Part shown: piece after piece, positions 33,179 to 44,984 of the stretch
Layout of the letters: the number at the start of each line of letters is the position of its first letter
How positions within the stretch are numbered: the first letter of the stretch is position 1
From: Prochlorococcus sp. AG-363-C02
GTDB taxonomy: Bacteria > Cyanobacteriota > Cyanobacteriia > PCC-6307 > Cyanobiaceae
DNA length: 64,000 nt
Direction of reading: 5' to 3'
NCBI GenBank assembly: GCA_003278345.1
Contig: QCFH01000004.1
Coordinates: 10,431-74,430, forward strand
Notes under the pieces: generated by a model
Database searches by the model: none
The model's input: the letters and a program-made list of their open reading frames with translations, nothing else
What the model was told of the DNA's origin: nothing
Program-made: the position numbers and the translations under genes

Positions 33179-36100
33179 TTAGTATTTAAGGAACAATTGT
33201 AATTGACTTTGCCAGTTTCCATCATTATCAAGAGAGCCTAAAACCCCAACACTTGGAAGGAACTGATATGTAAGCGTTCCATGTGGAGGAATATCATTAC
33301 GGTTGGGTGTTGTCTGAATCGATAAATTAATTTTGTCAGAGAGATCCATACCCACTTCTGCTATCCAAGACTGTTTAGGAGACAAGTCATCTTGTGAGTC
33401 TTCTAAATCAACAAAATCAGCTCCTTCTTCAACATCACTATTATCTGTCTCATCACTAGTAAATTTATTCGAAACAAACGCAGGATAAAAAGCTAACTGA
33501 ATTCTCTCACTAAAAGCATCACTTAATCTACCTAAGGCAGGAGAAACTAAAGATCTTCCAAGTAGTCCTACAAGAACTTCTCGTTGACTACCTGTCATTA
33601 ACATCGTTAAAGAGTTTCCACCTATAAGATTAAACAAATAACTCTGTGGCAATACAGGCGTGCTGCTTAGTTCATACGTTTCTGCTACACGATCAGCTAA
33701 GCCAGTAGCGATTAAATCTATCTTTACAAGTCTTGATCCACCTATTCCAACTGAGGTTGAACTATTTAAAACAAAATCATTGGAAGAAGTTGACTGATCA
33801 GTATCATTAGCAACATCGGGCACCCTGGTTATAAGCTTGATGTCTAAGAAAGGAACCAACCCCATTGAAGGAGTAAATGTTGCTGTATTTTTATATTTTC
33901 TATCTAAATTAAATGTAGTTGTAAATAGATTAACTCTACCTTTCTCAAGTCTAATTAAGCCCGTCAAATCAAGATTCTCATCAAATGTACCGTCAAGAAT
34001 AATTTTGCCTGAAGTAGTAAAACTTGCTATTGGCTGAGAAACAATATTTAAATTAGGTCCTAAGACAACATTAAGCGAATTAAATCCAATATAAGAGTAT
34101 CCTTTTGGAATTCCAGAACTAAGAATTTTACTTGCTGGAGATTCCTTATCTTGGAGAAAAAGAATTAAAGGTTTAGCTGCAACATCTTGATAATCCCAAC
34201 TCTGCTCAGGAAATACTTGACTATTTAATCGAATAGATTTAAGTGTATTTCTTCCCGAGTCAATTGAATCCTTACGTCTAGGTCTCGACCGCTTTGTTGA
34301 AATTGTTCCTTCACTAATAGAAATTTGACCTCCAATTAATGGATTTAAAACAGACCGTCCTATCTGAAGATCTGATGAAATATTTACATCATAATTCTGC
34401 TGCTTTAGCTTTATCGATTTCATCTGAACGTTAAGTTGCTCTTTAGCCTCTTTGGAAGGCCTAAAGAGGGCTAAAGCCCCAGAGGCTTTTATTTTTCCCT
34501 TACGACCTAATTTTGCTTCTAAAGACTGAACATCAAATCTATTAAAATCAAAAAATATCTTACTATTAAAATCTCTTACTGGCATTTCGTTTAAAAGGAG
34601 TCTTCCATTTTTAATAACTAAAAAACCATTAGATGTTACTTCTTCTGAAGCGCCTCTAATTAAAAGTTTCATATCGATACTTCCAGATTCCCAAGAAACA
34701 ACATCATTTGAAAGACCATCAAGAAAACTAAGAGCATTTCCATGACTTTCAATCTGCAAATCAAATGGTTGCTCCGAAGATAAAGGGATATCCCCAAAAA
34801 TAGAAACAGTTTCAGTAGAGGTTATTTCTCTAAAAGATATATCAGTCTTTAATACTGAATTAGCTATAAAAATATCAGATTTTTCTAATACAAATTCCTT
34901 GTCTAATATTTTCGCATCTTCTAAAACTAATTCAGCCGTTAACTCTGGGGACTTCTTATTAAATCTATATCTTCCTGTTATACCAAACATTCCGCTTATT
35001 GAAGAAGGTGTTGAGAAAAACAAAGAAAGCATAGAGAAAGGAAGATTAAGCAAAACAAATTCACCATTTTTATTTAGTGATTGTGAGAAAAATTGAGCTT
35101 TAAAAGGTTTTATAGCTACACCTTTACGACGACTTCCTCTAATCCAAAGTTTTCCAGAAGCCTCAACATCAAGTTTTAAATCGGAGAGTTGGGAGCCTTC
35201 GAGATTCGCAATGGCATTAATACTACCTCTTAATTTCTTAGGATCAATTAATTTCTTACTAGTTTCATTTAAATAAATGTCATTCAACGCAATTAGTGAT
35301 TTCTGCAATAGAGATATCTGATTATCTAATGATTCATCTGGATTAATTGATACTTTGCTGAGGTCATTAGCCGTACCAAAAGCTATTTTCGGAAATAAAT
35401 CGAATTCTGAAATCTTAAGTCCAGTATCAAGAAGCCAGCTAGGTCTAATACCTTTAACTTCTGTTCTAGCTTTAATCTCTCCCCCTATTCGTCCATCTGC
35501 ATTAATCAAGATCTTTCCTTTAGCTGGCGGAATTATTTCTGCTGTCATCGAATATTTGTTTTCTGAATAGCTACCACTTAGTTGCCATTTCTTCAATGCA
35601 ACACCAAGCCACCTATAACTCTTTGTAGTTAATTTTCCATCTATAAAAAATGGATTCATTTTAAATGAGCCTTGACCAATCATCTTGCCCATAACTCTTT
35701 TAAAACTATTCTCAGGAGGAACAGCAATCTCCAAACGATCCAATCTGAAATTATCCGCTTTCCATGAATATCCTTCTGCAGTCTGATTTACTAAAATAGA
35801 ACCACCATATCTTTCTAATGCGAGATCCTTTAATGAAAAATTGTTGGTAAATGTTGCATCTAATTTACCAGCAGTATCAGGTGAGACTGAAGCAATAGAA
35901 AGTTGACCGCTCCCTCCTAATCCATTAAATTCACCTTCCCATTTTTCTTGTAACTTTAAAGCACTTAACTGTGGATCCTCTAATTTTATTGATAAATCTG
36001 TCTTCAAATATGGTAAAGGTCCGTTAATAGTTCCACTTGTAGAGATTTTTCCAGAGACAGGAACGCCAATCAATGGACTTAAAGAAGACAATTTAAATGT

Positions 36101-37168
36101 TTTTAGATCAATTTCTGAACTCAATTCACCAATTAAGAATCTACCTTCATCTATCCAAAAGGGTAAAGAAGCTTTTAAATTTAATGGTGCATTAAGTTGA
36201 TCATTAGAGCGTAAAAAAGATTTTATTTTTAAATCATACTTAGTCGTATTCTTAAAAGGAATAGCTCCACTAATCCTTCCATTCCAAGTTTCATACTGAA
36301 AGTCAGAATCAAGTAATTCTAATTTTCCATTTCTACAAATTATTGATGTTTTTGGAGATATTAATTTTGAAGTAGAAGTTTTAGATAGCAAAGTTAAATT
36401 CTTAAAAGAAACTTCTCCCCTACAACTTAGATTTGATGAATTAACACCAAGTTTTATATTTCCATTAACATTTCCACCTGCAAAAAAGTTTCTATTTTTA
36501 AATAATGTTGATTGAAAGTTTTCTAAATCAAGATTTCTGGCTATTGCCTTACCGTTAAATTTAACTTGATTGAAATAACCAGAACCTTTTAAAGATAAAG
36601 ATCCTTCATCATTAAACAAAAATGAGAGTTTACCAACGATCTTTTTCTCTGGAAGCCTGAATAAAACATTAGCCTTAGGTTTTATTGAGCTACTTTTGGA
36701 ATCAATATAAATCTCTGAAGAAGAATCCAAACGTAACCTTAGATTTAAATTAGGAGGGCTACCTCCTTCAGAAGATCCCAAAACCCAATAAGATCCGTCC
36801 TTATTGGAATTTAAAAAGATTTTTGTATCCTTAGGGCTAACTACCAACACAGGTCGCCAATTCAATACGCTCGCAATTGGAGCAAATTGGATTTTCAAAT
36901 TAGAGAAGCTCGCACTTGAAGTGTCTAAAGGTCCTTCTAATATCTTTGAGCTTCCTATAGAGAATCCCCATGCCCTTAAGCCTTTATAAGGACCAATAAT
37001 TACATCATGACCAAGTTGAGCTGAAAAATTCTTCTGAAGCTGAGATCTAGAATTAAGAAAAATGTTTCCTATTACATTATTGGTAACAAGGTAGAGTGAT
37101 CCTCCACCAAAAACCATTAGAGCCCCATATATGCCCAGTTTTTTAATTTTTGTGTTTTGAATCTTCAC
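33179..37168 (-). CDS. tamB: Translocation/assembly module TamB (DUF490) family protein
   Basis: 1329 aa; N-terminal anchor; long beta-rich body; C-terminal GRVNLFTTTF...P.LDI and WQSQLQLF motifs. Confidence 0.8.
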   Translation of the reverse strand: MKIQNTKIKKLGIYGALMVFGGGSLYLVTNNVIGNIFLNSRSQLQKNFSAQLGHDVIIGPYKGLRAWGFSIGSSKILEGPLDTSSASFSNLKIQFAPIASVLNWRPVLVVSPKDTKIFLNSNKDGSYWVLGSSEGGSPPNLNLRLRLDSSSEIYIDSKSSSIKPKANVLFRLPEKKIVGKLSFLFNDEGSLSLKGSGYFNQVKFNGKAIARNLDLENFQSTLFKNRNFFAGGNVNGNIKLGVNSSNLSCRGEVSFKNLTLLSKTSTSKLISPKTSIICRNGKLELLDSDFQYETWNGRISGAIPFKNTTKYDLKIKSFLRSNDQLNAPLNLKASLPFWIDEGRFLIGELSSEIDLKTFKLSSLSPLIGVPVSGKISTSGTINGPLPYLKTDLSIKLEDPQLSALKLQEKWEGEFNGLGGSGQLSIASVSPDTAGKLDATFTNNFSLKDLALERYGGSILVNQTAEGYSWKADNFRLDRLEIAVPPENSFKRVMGKMIGQGSFKMNPFFIDGKLTTKSYRWLGVALKKWQLSGSYSENKYSMTAEIIPPAKGKILINADGRIGGEIKARTEVKGIRPSWLLDTGLKISEFDLFPKIAFGTANDLSKVSINPDESLDNQISLLQKSLIALNDIYLNETSKKLIDPKKLRGSINAIANLEGSQLSDLKLDVEASGKLWIRGSRRKGVAIKPFKAQFFSQSLNKNGEFVLLNLPFSMLSLFFSTPSSISGMFGITGRYRFNKKSPELTAELVLEDAKILDKEFVLEKSDIFIANSVLKTDISFREITSTETVSIFGDIPLSSEQPFDLQIESHGNALSFLDGLSNDVVSWESGSIDMKLLIRGASEEVTSNGFLVIKNGRLLLNEMPVRDFNSKIFFDFNRFDVQSLEAKLGRKGKIKASGALALFRPSKEAKEQLNVQMKSIKLKQQNYDVNISSDLQIGRSVLNPLIGGQISISEGTISTKRSRPRRKDSIDSGRNTLKSIRLNSQVFPEQSWDYQDVAAKPLILFLQDKESPASKILSSGIPKGYSYIGFNSLNVVLGPNLNIVSQPIASFTTSGKIILDGTFDENLDLTGLIRLEKGRVNLFTTTFNLDRKYKNTATFTPSMGLVPFLDIKLITRVPDVANDTDQSTSSNDFVLNSSTSVGIGGSRLVKIDLIATGLADRVAETYELSSTPVLPQSYLFNLIGGNSLTMLMTGSQREVLVGLLGRSLVSPALGRLSDAFSERIQLAFYPAFVSNKFTSDETDNSDVEEGADFVDLEDSQDDLSPKQSWIAEVGMDLSDKINLSIQTTPNRNDIPPHGTLTYQFLPSVGVLGSLDNDGNWQSQLQLFLKY

Positions 37169-37239
37169 TCCTTTAGAAGTTTCTTTGTCTTTTAGGGAGC
37201 AGACGAACTATAAGGAGTGAATGTATTGTTAACCAGTCA

Positions 37240-37869
37240 ATGTCAATTTCTCAATTCTTACAAGATGCCACCAGCTGGCTTGCTTGGTCAGGCATCGGAC
37301 TAACAATAATTACCTTGATCGCATTTATAACTAGATGGGGTATAAAGTTCAGGCTAGTTGGAGCAACGATTTTCACCATATTACTTTCTGGAAGCTTTTG
37401 GGCTTTTCAAGAAAGTTATACACCACCAAGAGAAATAGAAGGTGCTTTATACGTACCTGTGGTTTATGACAATGGTGCAGATCTTGTAGTGGCTCAAGCC
37501 TCAGAAGACTTTCCTGAGGAAGCAATACAACCATCACTTGAACAAATAGCTGAAAACTTGAAAGGAGGCGGAAGGAATGTGAAAAATGTATATGTAAGAA
37601 TTCGTAGAATAGAAGATGTTGAAGAAGGGATTAGTAAGCCTGTGGTTCTAGGGCAAATTATTAGAGACCCTTCAAAAAAGATAAATTCTCCTGTATCCCC
37701 TGATGAAATCGTAAAAATGAATGAGTTCAGCCTTAGCGATCCTTTAAAGGAATTTAAAGAAAATGAAAGCAATTACGAAGAAAGCTCAGATGATATTTTT
37801 GCCCTAGAAGAGACAACGGATGATAGTCAGAAAGAAGTAAATCCTCAAAAAGAAAGTGATCTTATTTAA
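37240..37869 (+). CDS. ycf51: Ycf51 (DUF2518) family membrane protein with acidic C-terminal extension
   Basis: WGIKFRLVG, two TM helices, VYDNG motif. Confidence 0.82.
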   Translation: MSISQFLQDATSWLAWSGIGLTIITLIAFITRWGIKFRLVGATIFTILLSGSFWAFQESYTPPREIEGALYVPVVYDNGADLVVAQASEDFPEEAIQPSLEQIAENLKGGGRNVKNVYVRIRRIEDVEEGISKPVVLGQIIRDPSKKINSPVSPDEIVKMNEFSLSDPLKEFKENESNYEESSDDIFALEETTDDSQKEVNPQKESDLI

Positions 37870-38029
37870 CTAGATATTCGATGCTTAAAATATTTAAAAA
37901 GCTTATAAAAATTCAAAAGTACAAATTTGTTTAGTTAATCAACCTATAGGCAATATATGAACTGACATATGGGATCACCAATTAGAATGAATTCGAGTCT
38001 GAAATATAGACAGTAAGTCAGGAGAAAAA

Positions 38030-38296
38030 ATGAGCTACTTTGTTGCGATATTAATTGCCTATCTTGCCTCACCTTCAATTGTTTATGGGCAATCTAAACT
38101 TCTTGAAAATGTAAAAAAGAATCCTGAAGAGGCAAAAGCACTTTGCAATAAATTCAGAAGGGACAATTCAATGGGCATCTCTTCTAGATCAAAAGCAGTA
38201 ATTGAGGGCATCAGTCAAGAGAAAAATCTAAGCTTCACTGATGCAGAAATACTTTCTATATACGTTATTGGTATGTACTGCCCAGATGTGAAATAG
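38030..38296 (+). CDS. Small conserved secreted hypothetical protein
   Basis: AGGAGA SD-like sequence upstream; signal-peptide-like N-terminus; two Cys (LCNKF, MYCP). Confidence 0.75.
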   Translation: MSYFVAILIAYLASPSIVYGQSKLLENVKKNPEEAKALCNKFRRDNSMGISSRSKAVIEGISQEKNLSFTDAEILSIYVIGMYCPDVK

Positions 38297-38309
38297 CAAA
38301 AAGAAAATT

Positions 38310-39893
38310 ATGAGTTTAGAAATAAATTATAGAGATGAAGTACTAACTCTTACAGATGGAATAAAGCTTAAGGCAAGACTCTGGATTCCTGATGGTGAAG
38401 GACCATGGCCAGCATTATTGATGAGACAACCATATGGAAGAGAAATAGCCTCAACAGTTACTTATGCTCATCCAGTTTGGTGGGCAAGACATGGCTTTTT
38501 AGTAATCATTCAAGATGTTCGAGGTCAGGGAGATTCTGAAGGAAAATTTATTGGCTTTGAACAAGAATCATCTGATACAACTGAAACACATAAATGGGTA
38601 AGGTCTCTCCCGGAATGCAATGGTCTTTTAGGCACATATGGGTTTTCCTATCAAGGGCTTACACAACTCCTAGGAGAGCCTGGTAGCCGCCCTCCAGAAT
38701 GCCTTGCTCCTGCAATGACTGGTCTAAATGAAGGAGCCCATTGGAGCAATGAAGGAGGAGCTTTTTGGTGGCATCTCGGAATTGCCTGGGGTCTTCAATT
38801 AGCCGCACAAAAACTTTCAAGAGAGAAAAATTTAGAAGGATGGGCAATTATTCGAGAAAGCCTAGAGTCAAAAAGATATTTAACTAATGGACTTGAACTA
38901 TTAAAAAAATACGACTCAGAAGGTATGGCCATAAAATGGATGAAAACATCAGAAAGTTTTTCCAAGGATTGGAAAATTCATGAGCCTTTAAAAGAATGGC
39001 TTAAACAACCGATGCTTTTATTAGGAGGCTGGTGGGATCCCCACCTAAGAGGGATTTTAGAAATTAATCAAAAAGCAATTGAAGCAGGAGGAAATCCTGA
39101 TTTATATATAGGTCCTGCAACACATCTTCAATGGTGGGAAGAGACAAACAATACTCAATTAGATTTCTTTAACCGGCATTTAAAATTTACTTCTTCTAAG
39201 AAAAACAATAATTCTATAAGGCTATGGAACATGACTGGCAAGACATGGCAACCCAAACAGCCATCAAATCTTTTAGCTAAAAACATAAGTTTTTTTCTTT
39301 CAAGCAAGGGTTTGGCTTGTAACAGCTCAAAAGATGGAAAACTAATAGCCTCACCTAATAAGGAAAGATTTATAAATATCGTTCATGATCCTTGGCGCCC
39401 AGTACCTTCAATTGGTGGTCATTTAAGTCCTAATCCTGGAGAAGCAAATAGAGCTCTTATTGATATGCGAGGTGATGTAGCCACTTTCACAAGCAAGCCA
39501 TTTAACAAAGAGGAAGTTTTGGAGAGTACCCCCACACTGGAAATACAAGCAAAAGCTGATAAAGAAGGATTCGATCTTTGTGTAGCTCTTTCAATATTTT
39601 TCGAAGAACAAAACGAGGCAAATCAACTATCTACTGGATTTTTAAGAATAATTGGTGAAAATGCAAAAATATTTACCCAAAGAAAAGTAATCTTGCAACC
39701 TTTCTTAGCAAGTTTTCCCAAGGGATCTCAAATACGTATATCTATTTCTGGTTCTTCTTGGCCAGCAATTGCAATTAATCCTGGTTCAATAAATAAACCC
39801 TGTATTTCCTCGAATCCAAATTGTTCTATAACAACAATATCTATTGACCTATCTAAATCAAAAATAAAATTCAATCCTATATTCTCAAACTAA
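38310..39893 (+). CDS. CocE/NonD family serine hydrolase
   Basis: RQPYG, QDVRG.G.SEG, GFSYQG nucleophile, GWWD. Confidence 0.9.
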   Translation: MSLEINYRDEVLTLTDGIKLKARLWIPDGEGPWPALLMRQPYGREIASTVTYAHPVWWARHGFLVIIQDVRGQGDSEGKFIGFEQESSDTTETHKWVRSLPECNGLLGTYGFSYQGLTQLLGEPGSRPPECLAPAMTGLNEGAHWSNEGGAFWWHLGIAWGLQLAAQKLSREKNLEGWAIIRESLESKRYLTNGLELLKKYDSEGMAIKWMKTSESFSKDWKIHEPLKEWLKQPMLLLGGWWDPHLRGILEINQKAIEAGGNPDLYIGPATHLQWWEETNNTQLDFFNRHLKFTSSKKNNNSIRLWNMTGKTWQPKQPSNLLAKNISFFLSSKGLACNSSKDGKLIASPNKERFINIVHDPWRPVPSIGGHLSPNPGEANRALIDMRGDVATFTSKPFNKEEVLESTPTLEIQAKADKEGFDLCVALSIFFEEQNEANQLSTGFLRIIGENAKIFTQRKVILQPFLASFPKGSQIRISISGSSWPAIAINPGSINKPCISSNPNCSITTISIDLSKSKIKFNPIFSN

Positions 39894-39946
39894 ACTCCCA
39901 ATATTACCTTTAATCATATAAGCTCCTGTTTCTATCCAATTAAGTT

Positions 39947-42235
39947 ATGTCTCCCAGTATTGCTATGGACTGGACGGCAGCAGAAGGTGTAAAACTAGCC
40001 AATTGCAGACATGACAACCCTTTTGGTGTTCTTGGTCCACAACCCAATGAAAACAAATGGTCATTAAGGGTATGGATGCCTGAGGCAGACGAAGTTAATC
40101 TAATTTTAAATGGCCAGGAAAAGGAATTAACCAATCCAAATCACCCTTGGATATTTGAGGCACTGTTAGAAGAAGATCCAGGTTGTAAATATCAAGTCAA
40201 AGTAAAAAGAGGTGGTATATCACATTCCCAATATGACCCATGGGCATTTAGATCAGAATGGATGGGTGAAATTGATAGACACTTATTTGCAGAAGGAAAT
40301 CATCATCATATTTGGCGCAGAATGGGTGCGCATATTATTTCAAAAGAAGGAATTGAAGGGGTAATGTTCTGCTTATGGGCACCTAATGCAAAAAGTGTTT
40401 CAGTTGTCGGCGAAATGAACAGTTGGGATGGGAGACACCATCCCATGCAAAAAAGACTTGGAGGAATTTGGGAATTATTTATACCTGGTTTAGACAAAGG
40501 AGATCTGTATCAATATGAAATCAGAACCCAAGAAGGTCATTGCTATAAAAAAGCTGATCCCTACGGATTCCAACATGAAGTTAGACCTGCTCAAAGCTCA
40601 GTAATTTCAAATCTTGATGGCTTCTTATGGGAAGATGAAACTTGGATGAGCAAACGAGATACAGAAGACCAACTTAATAAACCCATATCAGTATATGAAA
40701 TGCATCTAGGCAGTTGGATGCATGCATCAAACTCCGACCCTTTTCTAGAAGATGATGGATCAGAGAGAGCCCCAGTTCCTGCAGCTGACTTAAAGCCTGA
40801 AACAAGATTCCTAACTTATCCAGAGCTAACAGAAAAACTTATTCCTTATGTAAAGGCAAGAGGCTTTACGCATATCGAATTAATGCCTATTTCAGAGCAT
40901 CCATTTGATGGTTCATGGGGTTATCAGGTTACCGGCTGGTATGCACCTACAAGTCGATATGGAAGTCCTGATGAGTTCAAATCTTTTGTAAATGCATGTC
41001 ATTCAGAAGGCATAGGTGTAATTCTAGATTGGGTTCCAGGACACTTCCCAAAAGATCAGCATGGATTAGCATTTTTTGACGGATCACATCTTTATGAGCA
41101 TTCCGATCCTCGAATAGGAGAACATAAAGAATGGGGAACATTGATTTTCAATTACAGCCGAAATGAGGTTAGGAATTTTCTTGTAGCTAATCTTGTTTAT
41201 TGGTTTGAACAATTTCATATAGATGGGATAAGAGTTGATGCTGTTGCATCAATGCTCTACAAAGATTATTTGAGGCCTGAAGGAGAGTGGATTCCAAATG
41301 AGGATGGTAGCAATCAAAATTACGAAGCAGTAAATTTCCTACAACAAGCAAATCATGTTCTTTTTCAACATTTTCCTGGAGCACTCTCTATTGCAGAAGA
41401 ATCAACAACATGGACAGGTGTTACAAAGCCGACAGACGTAGGAGGGCTTGGATTCAATCTAAAATGGAATATGGGATGGATGCACGATATGCTTGATTAT
41501 TTCGAAATAGATCCTTGGTTCAGGCAATTTCACCAAAATAATGTAACTTTCTCAATTTGTTATAACTACACGGAAAATTTTATGCTCTCTCTTAGTCATG
41601 ATGAGGTGGTACATGGCAAGAGTCATCTATTACACAAAATGCCAGGAGATGATTGGAAAAAATATGCAAATACAAGAGCGTTACTTGCTTATATGTGGAC
41701 ACATCCTGGTAAAAAAACAATATTTATGGGAATGGAATTTGGTCAAAGGCAAGAATGGAATGTATGGGATGATCTTCAATGGGAACTATTAGAACATCAG
41801 CCTCACCAAGGAATTCAAAGGCTAATTGATGACTTGAATACTCTATATAAAAATCAACCAGCTCTATGGAGAGAAGATTTTGATGAATATGGTTTCCAGT
41901 GGATTGACTGCAAAGATAATGCCAATTCAGTTATTAGCTTTATGCGTAGAGAAAGAGAAACAGGAGAGTGGCTAGTTATAGTGACTAATTTCACTCCAGA
42001 ATTACATTCAAATTATAAGGTAGGTGTCCCTATAGATGGATTCTATAGAGAAATATTTAATACTGATTCTGATAAATATGGCGGATCAAATAAAGGAAAT
42101 CTAGGTGGCAAATATACCGAAAAATATAATATACATGAATATGAAAATGCCTTAGAACTCTCTCTACCACCTTTAAGTGTACTTATTCTTAAATACGACA
42201 AAAATAAATCTAAAACTAAATTAAAATCAAAATAA
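39947..42235 (+). CDS. glgB: 1,4-alpha-glucan branching enzyme
   Basis: [29 protein letters not shown] and SHDEVVHGK motifs. Confidence 0.98.
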   Translation: MSPSIAMDWTAAEGVKLANCRHDNPFGVLGPQPNENKWSLRVWMPEADEVNLILNGQEKELTNPNHPWIFEALLEEDPGCKYQVKVKRGGISHSQYDPWAFRSEWMGEIDRHLFAEGNHHHIWRRMGAHIISKEGIEGVMFCLWAPNAKSVSVVGEMNSWDGRHHPMQKRLGGIWELFIPGLDKGDLYQYEIRTQEGHCYKKADPYGFQHEVRPAQSSVISNLDGFLWEDETWMSKRDTEDQLNKPISVYEMHLGSWMHASNSDPFLEDDGSERAPVPAADLKPETRFLTYPELTEKLIPYVKARGFTHIELMPISEHPFDGSWGYQVTGWYAPTSRYGSPDEFKSFVNACHSEGIGVILDWVPGHFPKDQHGLAFFDGSHLYEHSDPRIGEHKEWGTLIFNYSRNEVRNFLVANLVYWFEQFHIDGIRVDAVASMLYKDYLRPEGEWIPNEDGSNQNYEAVNFLQQANHVLFQHFPGALSIAEESTTWTGVTKPTDVGGLGFNLKWNMGWMHDMLDYFEIDPWFRQFHQNNVTFSICYNYTENFMLSLSHDEVVHGKSHLLHKMPGDDWKKYANTRALLAYMWTHPGKKTIFMGMEFGQRQEWNVWDDLQWELLEHQPHQGIQRLIDDLNTLYKNQPALWREDFDEYGFQWIDCKDNANSVISFMRRERETGEWLVIVTNFTPELHSNYKVGVPIDGFYREIFNTDSDKYGGSNKGNLGGKYTEKYNIHEYENALELSLPPLSVLILKYDKNKSKTKLKSK

Positions 42236-42256
42236 ATCAATCCCAAGCAAAAAACG

Positions 42257-42322
42257 GTGAAATCCAAAAAGGTGTGAAGAAGATGCACACTAATGAGATT
42301 TTTTTTACTTTTGGACTTCACA
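42257..42322. repeat. Nested inverted repeats in the glgB-hemE intergenic region
   Basis: GTGAAATCCAAAAAG (42257-42271) / CTTTTGGACTTCAC (42308-42321); inner GTGTG-N9-CACAC (42272-42290). Confidence 0.55.
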
Positions 42323-42356
42323 CTCCAGTAAATTTTTGAACTGATCCGCATAGAGA

Positions 42357-43412
42357 ATGACTGAATCTCTTCCACTACTTCTCCGAGCTGCACGGGGTGA
42401 ATCAGTAAGCAGAACACCTGTTTGGATGATGCGCCAAGCAGGTAGATACATGAAAGTGTATAGAGAGTTAAGAGAAAAATATCCTAGTTTTCGAGAAAGG
42501 TCAGAAAATCCTGCTTTGTCATACGAAATATCAATGCAACCATTTCATGAATTCCAACCTGATGGTGTAATTCTTTTTTCTGACATATTGACCCCTCTGC
42601 CAGGAATGGGAATTGATTTTGATATCGTTGAAAGCAAAGGTCCAATTATAAATAATCCCATTAGGACAATTCAACAAATAGAAGATCTTTCCACTCTTGA
42701 GCCAAAAGAAAGTCTTCCTTTTGTTGGGGAAGTTCTAAATCAACTAAGAAAAAGTGTTGGAAATAAAGCTGCTGTTTTAGGTTTTGTTGGTGCACCTTGG
42801 ACACTGGCAGCTTACGTAGTGGAAGGTAAAAGCAGCAAGAACTACTCAGTCATTAAAGCAATGGCTTTCCGAGAACCTCAGATGCTTCATAAACTTTTGA
42901 ATCATTTTGCTGAATCAATAGCGAAATATTTGAAATATCAAATTGATTCAGGAGCACAAGTTGTTCAAATGTTTGACTCATGGGCCGGACAGTTAAGTCC
43001 AACCGACTACGACACTTTCGCAGCTCCTTACCAAAAAAAGGTTGTAGATCTTGTAAAAGCCACCCATCCAGATACACCGATGATCCTTTATATATCAGGA
43101 AGTGCTGGGGTTATCGAAAGGATGGCTGCTACAGGTGTAGATATAATTTCTTTGGATTGGACCGTAGACATGGCTGAAGGTTGTGCTCGTCTACCTAAGG
43201 ATATTGGTATTCAAGGAAATGTTGACCCCGGCATTTTATTTGGTTCATCAGACATGATCAAAGAGAGAATTATTGATACTGTTTTAAAAGCTAAAGGGAG
43301 GAAGCATATCCTCAACCTTGGTCACGGGATTCTTCCAGGCACTCCTGAAGAAAATGCAAGAACCTTTTTTGAAGCTGGTAAAAATGTAAATAATTTAATT
43401 TCTGCAATTTGA
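42357..43412 (+). CDS. hemE: Uroporphyrinogen decarboxylase
   Basis: [20 protein letters not shown] and NLGHG motifs. Confidence 0.98.
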   Translation: MTESLPLLLRAARGESVSRTPVWMMRQAGRYMKVYRELREKYPSFRERSENPALSYEISMQPFHEFQPDGVILFSDILTPLPGMGIDFDIVESKGPIINNPIRTIQQIEDLSTLEPKESLPFVGEVLNQLRKSVGNKAAVLGFVGAPWTLAAYVVEGKSSKNYSVIKAMAFREPQMLHKLLNHFAESIAKYLKYQIDSGAQVVQMFDSWAGQLSPTDYDTFAAPYQKKVVDLVKATHPDTPMILYISGSAGVIERMAATGVDIISLDWTVDMAEGCARLPKDIGIQGNVDPGILFGSSDMIKERIIDTVLKAKGRKHILNLGHGILPGTPEENARTFFEAGKNVNNLISAI

Positions 43413-44422
43413 AAGAAGCACGTATACTCGTAACAGGGGCAAGTGGATGTGTAGGCCAATACACTAGTAATTGGCTATTAAGAAATACAGAAGCAAAATT
43501 ACTTTTGTGGATTAGGGACCCGGATAAACTTACTGCAATTGACCCTAATAACCCAAGAGTAAAATTATTAATAGGGGACTTAAGAACGCCAGAAAAGTTT
43601 TCAAAAGAAATTTTTTCTGCAACACATTTAATACATACAGCTACAGCCTGGGGCGATTTAGAAAGGACAAAGCAGGTAAACTTAATTGCTGTGAAAAAAA
43701 TCTTAGATTTAGTTAATCCAGCTATTATCCAAAAGATTATTTACTTTTCTACTGCAAGTATTTTAAACAAGCAACTACAACCAATTCCTGAAGCCAGAAC
43801 AAAAGGTACAGAATACATACAAACTAAAGCTAAGTGCTTACAAGAGCTTGAAAAGCACAGTCTTTCAAAAAAAATAATTGCTGTATTCCCTACCCTTGTA
43901 TTTGGAGGTAGGTATGACAATTCAGGATTATTCCCCGCAAGTTATTTGACTCAAGGGCTAAAGCAAGCTGTTAATTGGCTTTGGCTTGCAAGATGGTTTA
44001 AGGGATATTCAAAGTTCCATTTCATGCATGCTGAAGACATCGCTTATGTAAGCTGTCAACTTTTATTTAATAAAACTTTTAGTGGAACCAAAATCTCCAT
44101 CGAAAACACAGGACTCACGAAAATAGTCCTAGGACAACCCTATTTGTCTATAGACCAAGCAATAAACATTTTATTAAATTGGAGAGGACTTAAAAGATTT
44201 ATATCAATACCTCTTTGGGGATGGTTAATTGAAATCCTAATAAAAATTCTTCCCCTAAATTTATCTGCTTGGGATAGGTTAAGCATTAGACAACGCCATT
44301 TTATTCACTCTCCAACTACAAAACCAGAAGATTTAGGAGGAACTAGCTATGCAAAATCTCTAGATGACATACTTTTTCATTCAGGATTACCAAAAAAGCA
44401 TAAATTTACATTTAAGAGGTAA
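43409..44422 (+). CDS. NAD-dependent epimerase/dehydratase (extended SDR)
   Basis: TGASGCVG Rossmann motif, YxxxK (YIQTK); overlaps the hemE stop. Confidence 0.85.
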   Translation: MKEARILVTGASGCVGQYTSNWLLRNTEAKLLLWIRDPDKLTAIDPNNPRVKLLIGDLRTPEKFSKEIFSATHLIHTATAWGDLERTKQVNLIAVKKILDLVNPAIIQKIIYFSTASILNKQLQPIPEARTKGTEYIQTKAKCLQELEKHSLSKKIIAVFPTLVFGGRYDNSGLFPASYLTQGLKQAVNWLWLARWFKGYSKFHFMHAEDIAYVSCQLLFNKTFSGTKISIENTGLTKIVLGQPYLSIDQAINILLNWRGLKRFISIPLWGWLIEILIKILPLNLSAWDRLSIRQRHFIHSPTTKPEDLGGTSYAKSLDDILFHSGLPKKHKFTFKR

Positions 44423-44447
44423 TATATACACAGAGATAAAAAAAAGA

Positions 44448-44807
44448 ATGATTCAATTCCTTCGTAAAGCTATTGCAGCTGCTTCTGCTTTAGTGTTGGC
44501 AATGGTTTTGGGAGTAAGTGCAGCCCAGGCAAAAACAGTTGAAGTAAAACTTGGAACAGATGCAGGTATGCTTGCTTTTGAGCCAAGCACTGTAAACATC
44601 AGTACTGGTGACTCAGTTAAGTTTGTAAATAACAAACTAGCTCCTCACAATGCTGTTTTCGAAGGTCATGATGAACTAAGCCATCCTGACCTTGCTTTTG
44701 CTCCTGGAGAATCATGGGAAGAGACTTTTTCAGCAGCTGGTACTTATAACTATTATTGTGAGCCTCATAGAGGGGCTGGAATGGTTGGCAAGGTAGTAGT
44801 TAATTAA
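44448..44807 (+). CDS. petE: Plastocyanin precursor
   Basis: Signal peptide ending AQA; Cu ligands PHN, YYCEPH and AGM; start set at ATG 44448. Confidence 0.97.
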   Translation: MIQFLRKAIAAASALVLAMVLGVSAAQAKTVEVKLGTDAGMLAFEPSTVNISTGDSVKFVNNKLAPHNAVFEGHDELSHPDLAFAPGESWEETFSAAGTYNYYCEPHRGAGMVGKVVVN

Positions 44808-44824
44808 ATAAATCAGATTTATTT

Positions 44825-44856
44825 ACCTTGCAGTTTAAAAACTGCAAGGTTTTTTT
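44825..44856 (+). terminator. Rho-independent terminator of petE
   Basis: ACCTTGCAGTT-taaa-AACTGCAAGGT 11-bp stem followed by a T-tract. Confidence 0.9.
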
Positions 44857-44928
44857 ATGTTCTAATTTATATTTAATATTGAAAACTATTTTAAATAATC
44901 CAAAATATGAATAAAGTAATTAAAAAAT

Positions 44929-44984
44929 TTACTGATTACCGAACAAACTAAGATTTCCACACTTTAAAATTCGGATAACCCTCT
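44929..44984. promoter_or_regulatory. Two K-box-like (GTTCGG-NNAN-CC) heat-shock elements upstream of clpB
   Basis: Minus strand GTTCGG-TAAT-CAGTAA (44944-44929); plus strand ATTCGG-ATAA-CCCTCT (44969-44984). Confidence 0.5.

Noticed and set aside
42271-42326. Resemblance of CTTCACAC to the Yfr1 motif ACTCCTCACAC
   Set aside because: Not an exact match, and the genomic context is not the usual guaB-trxA locus; not called as an ncRNA.
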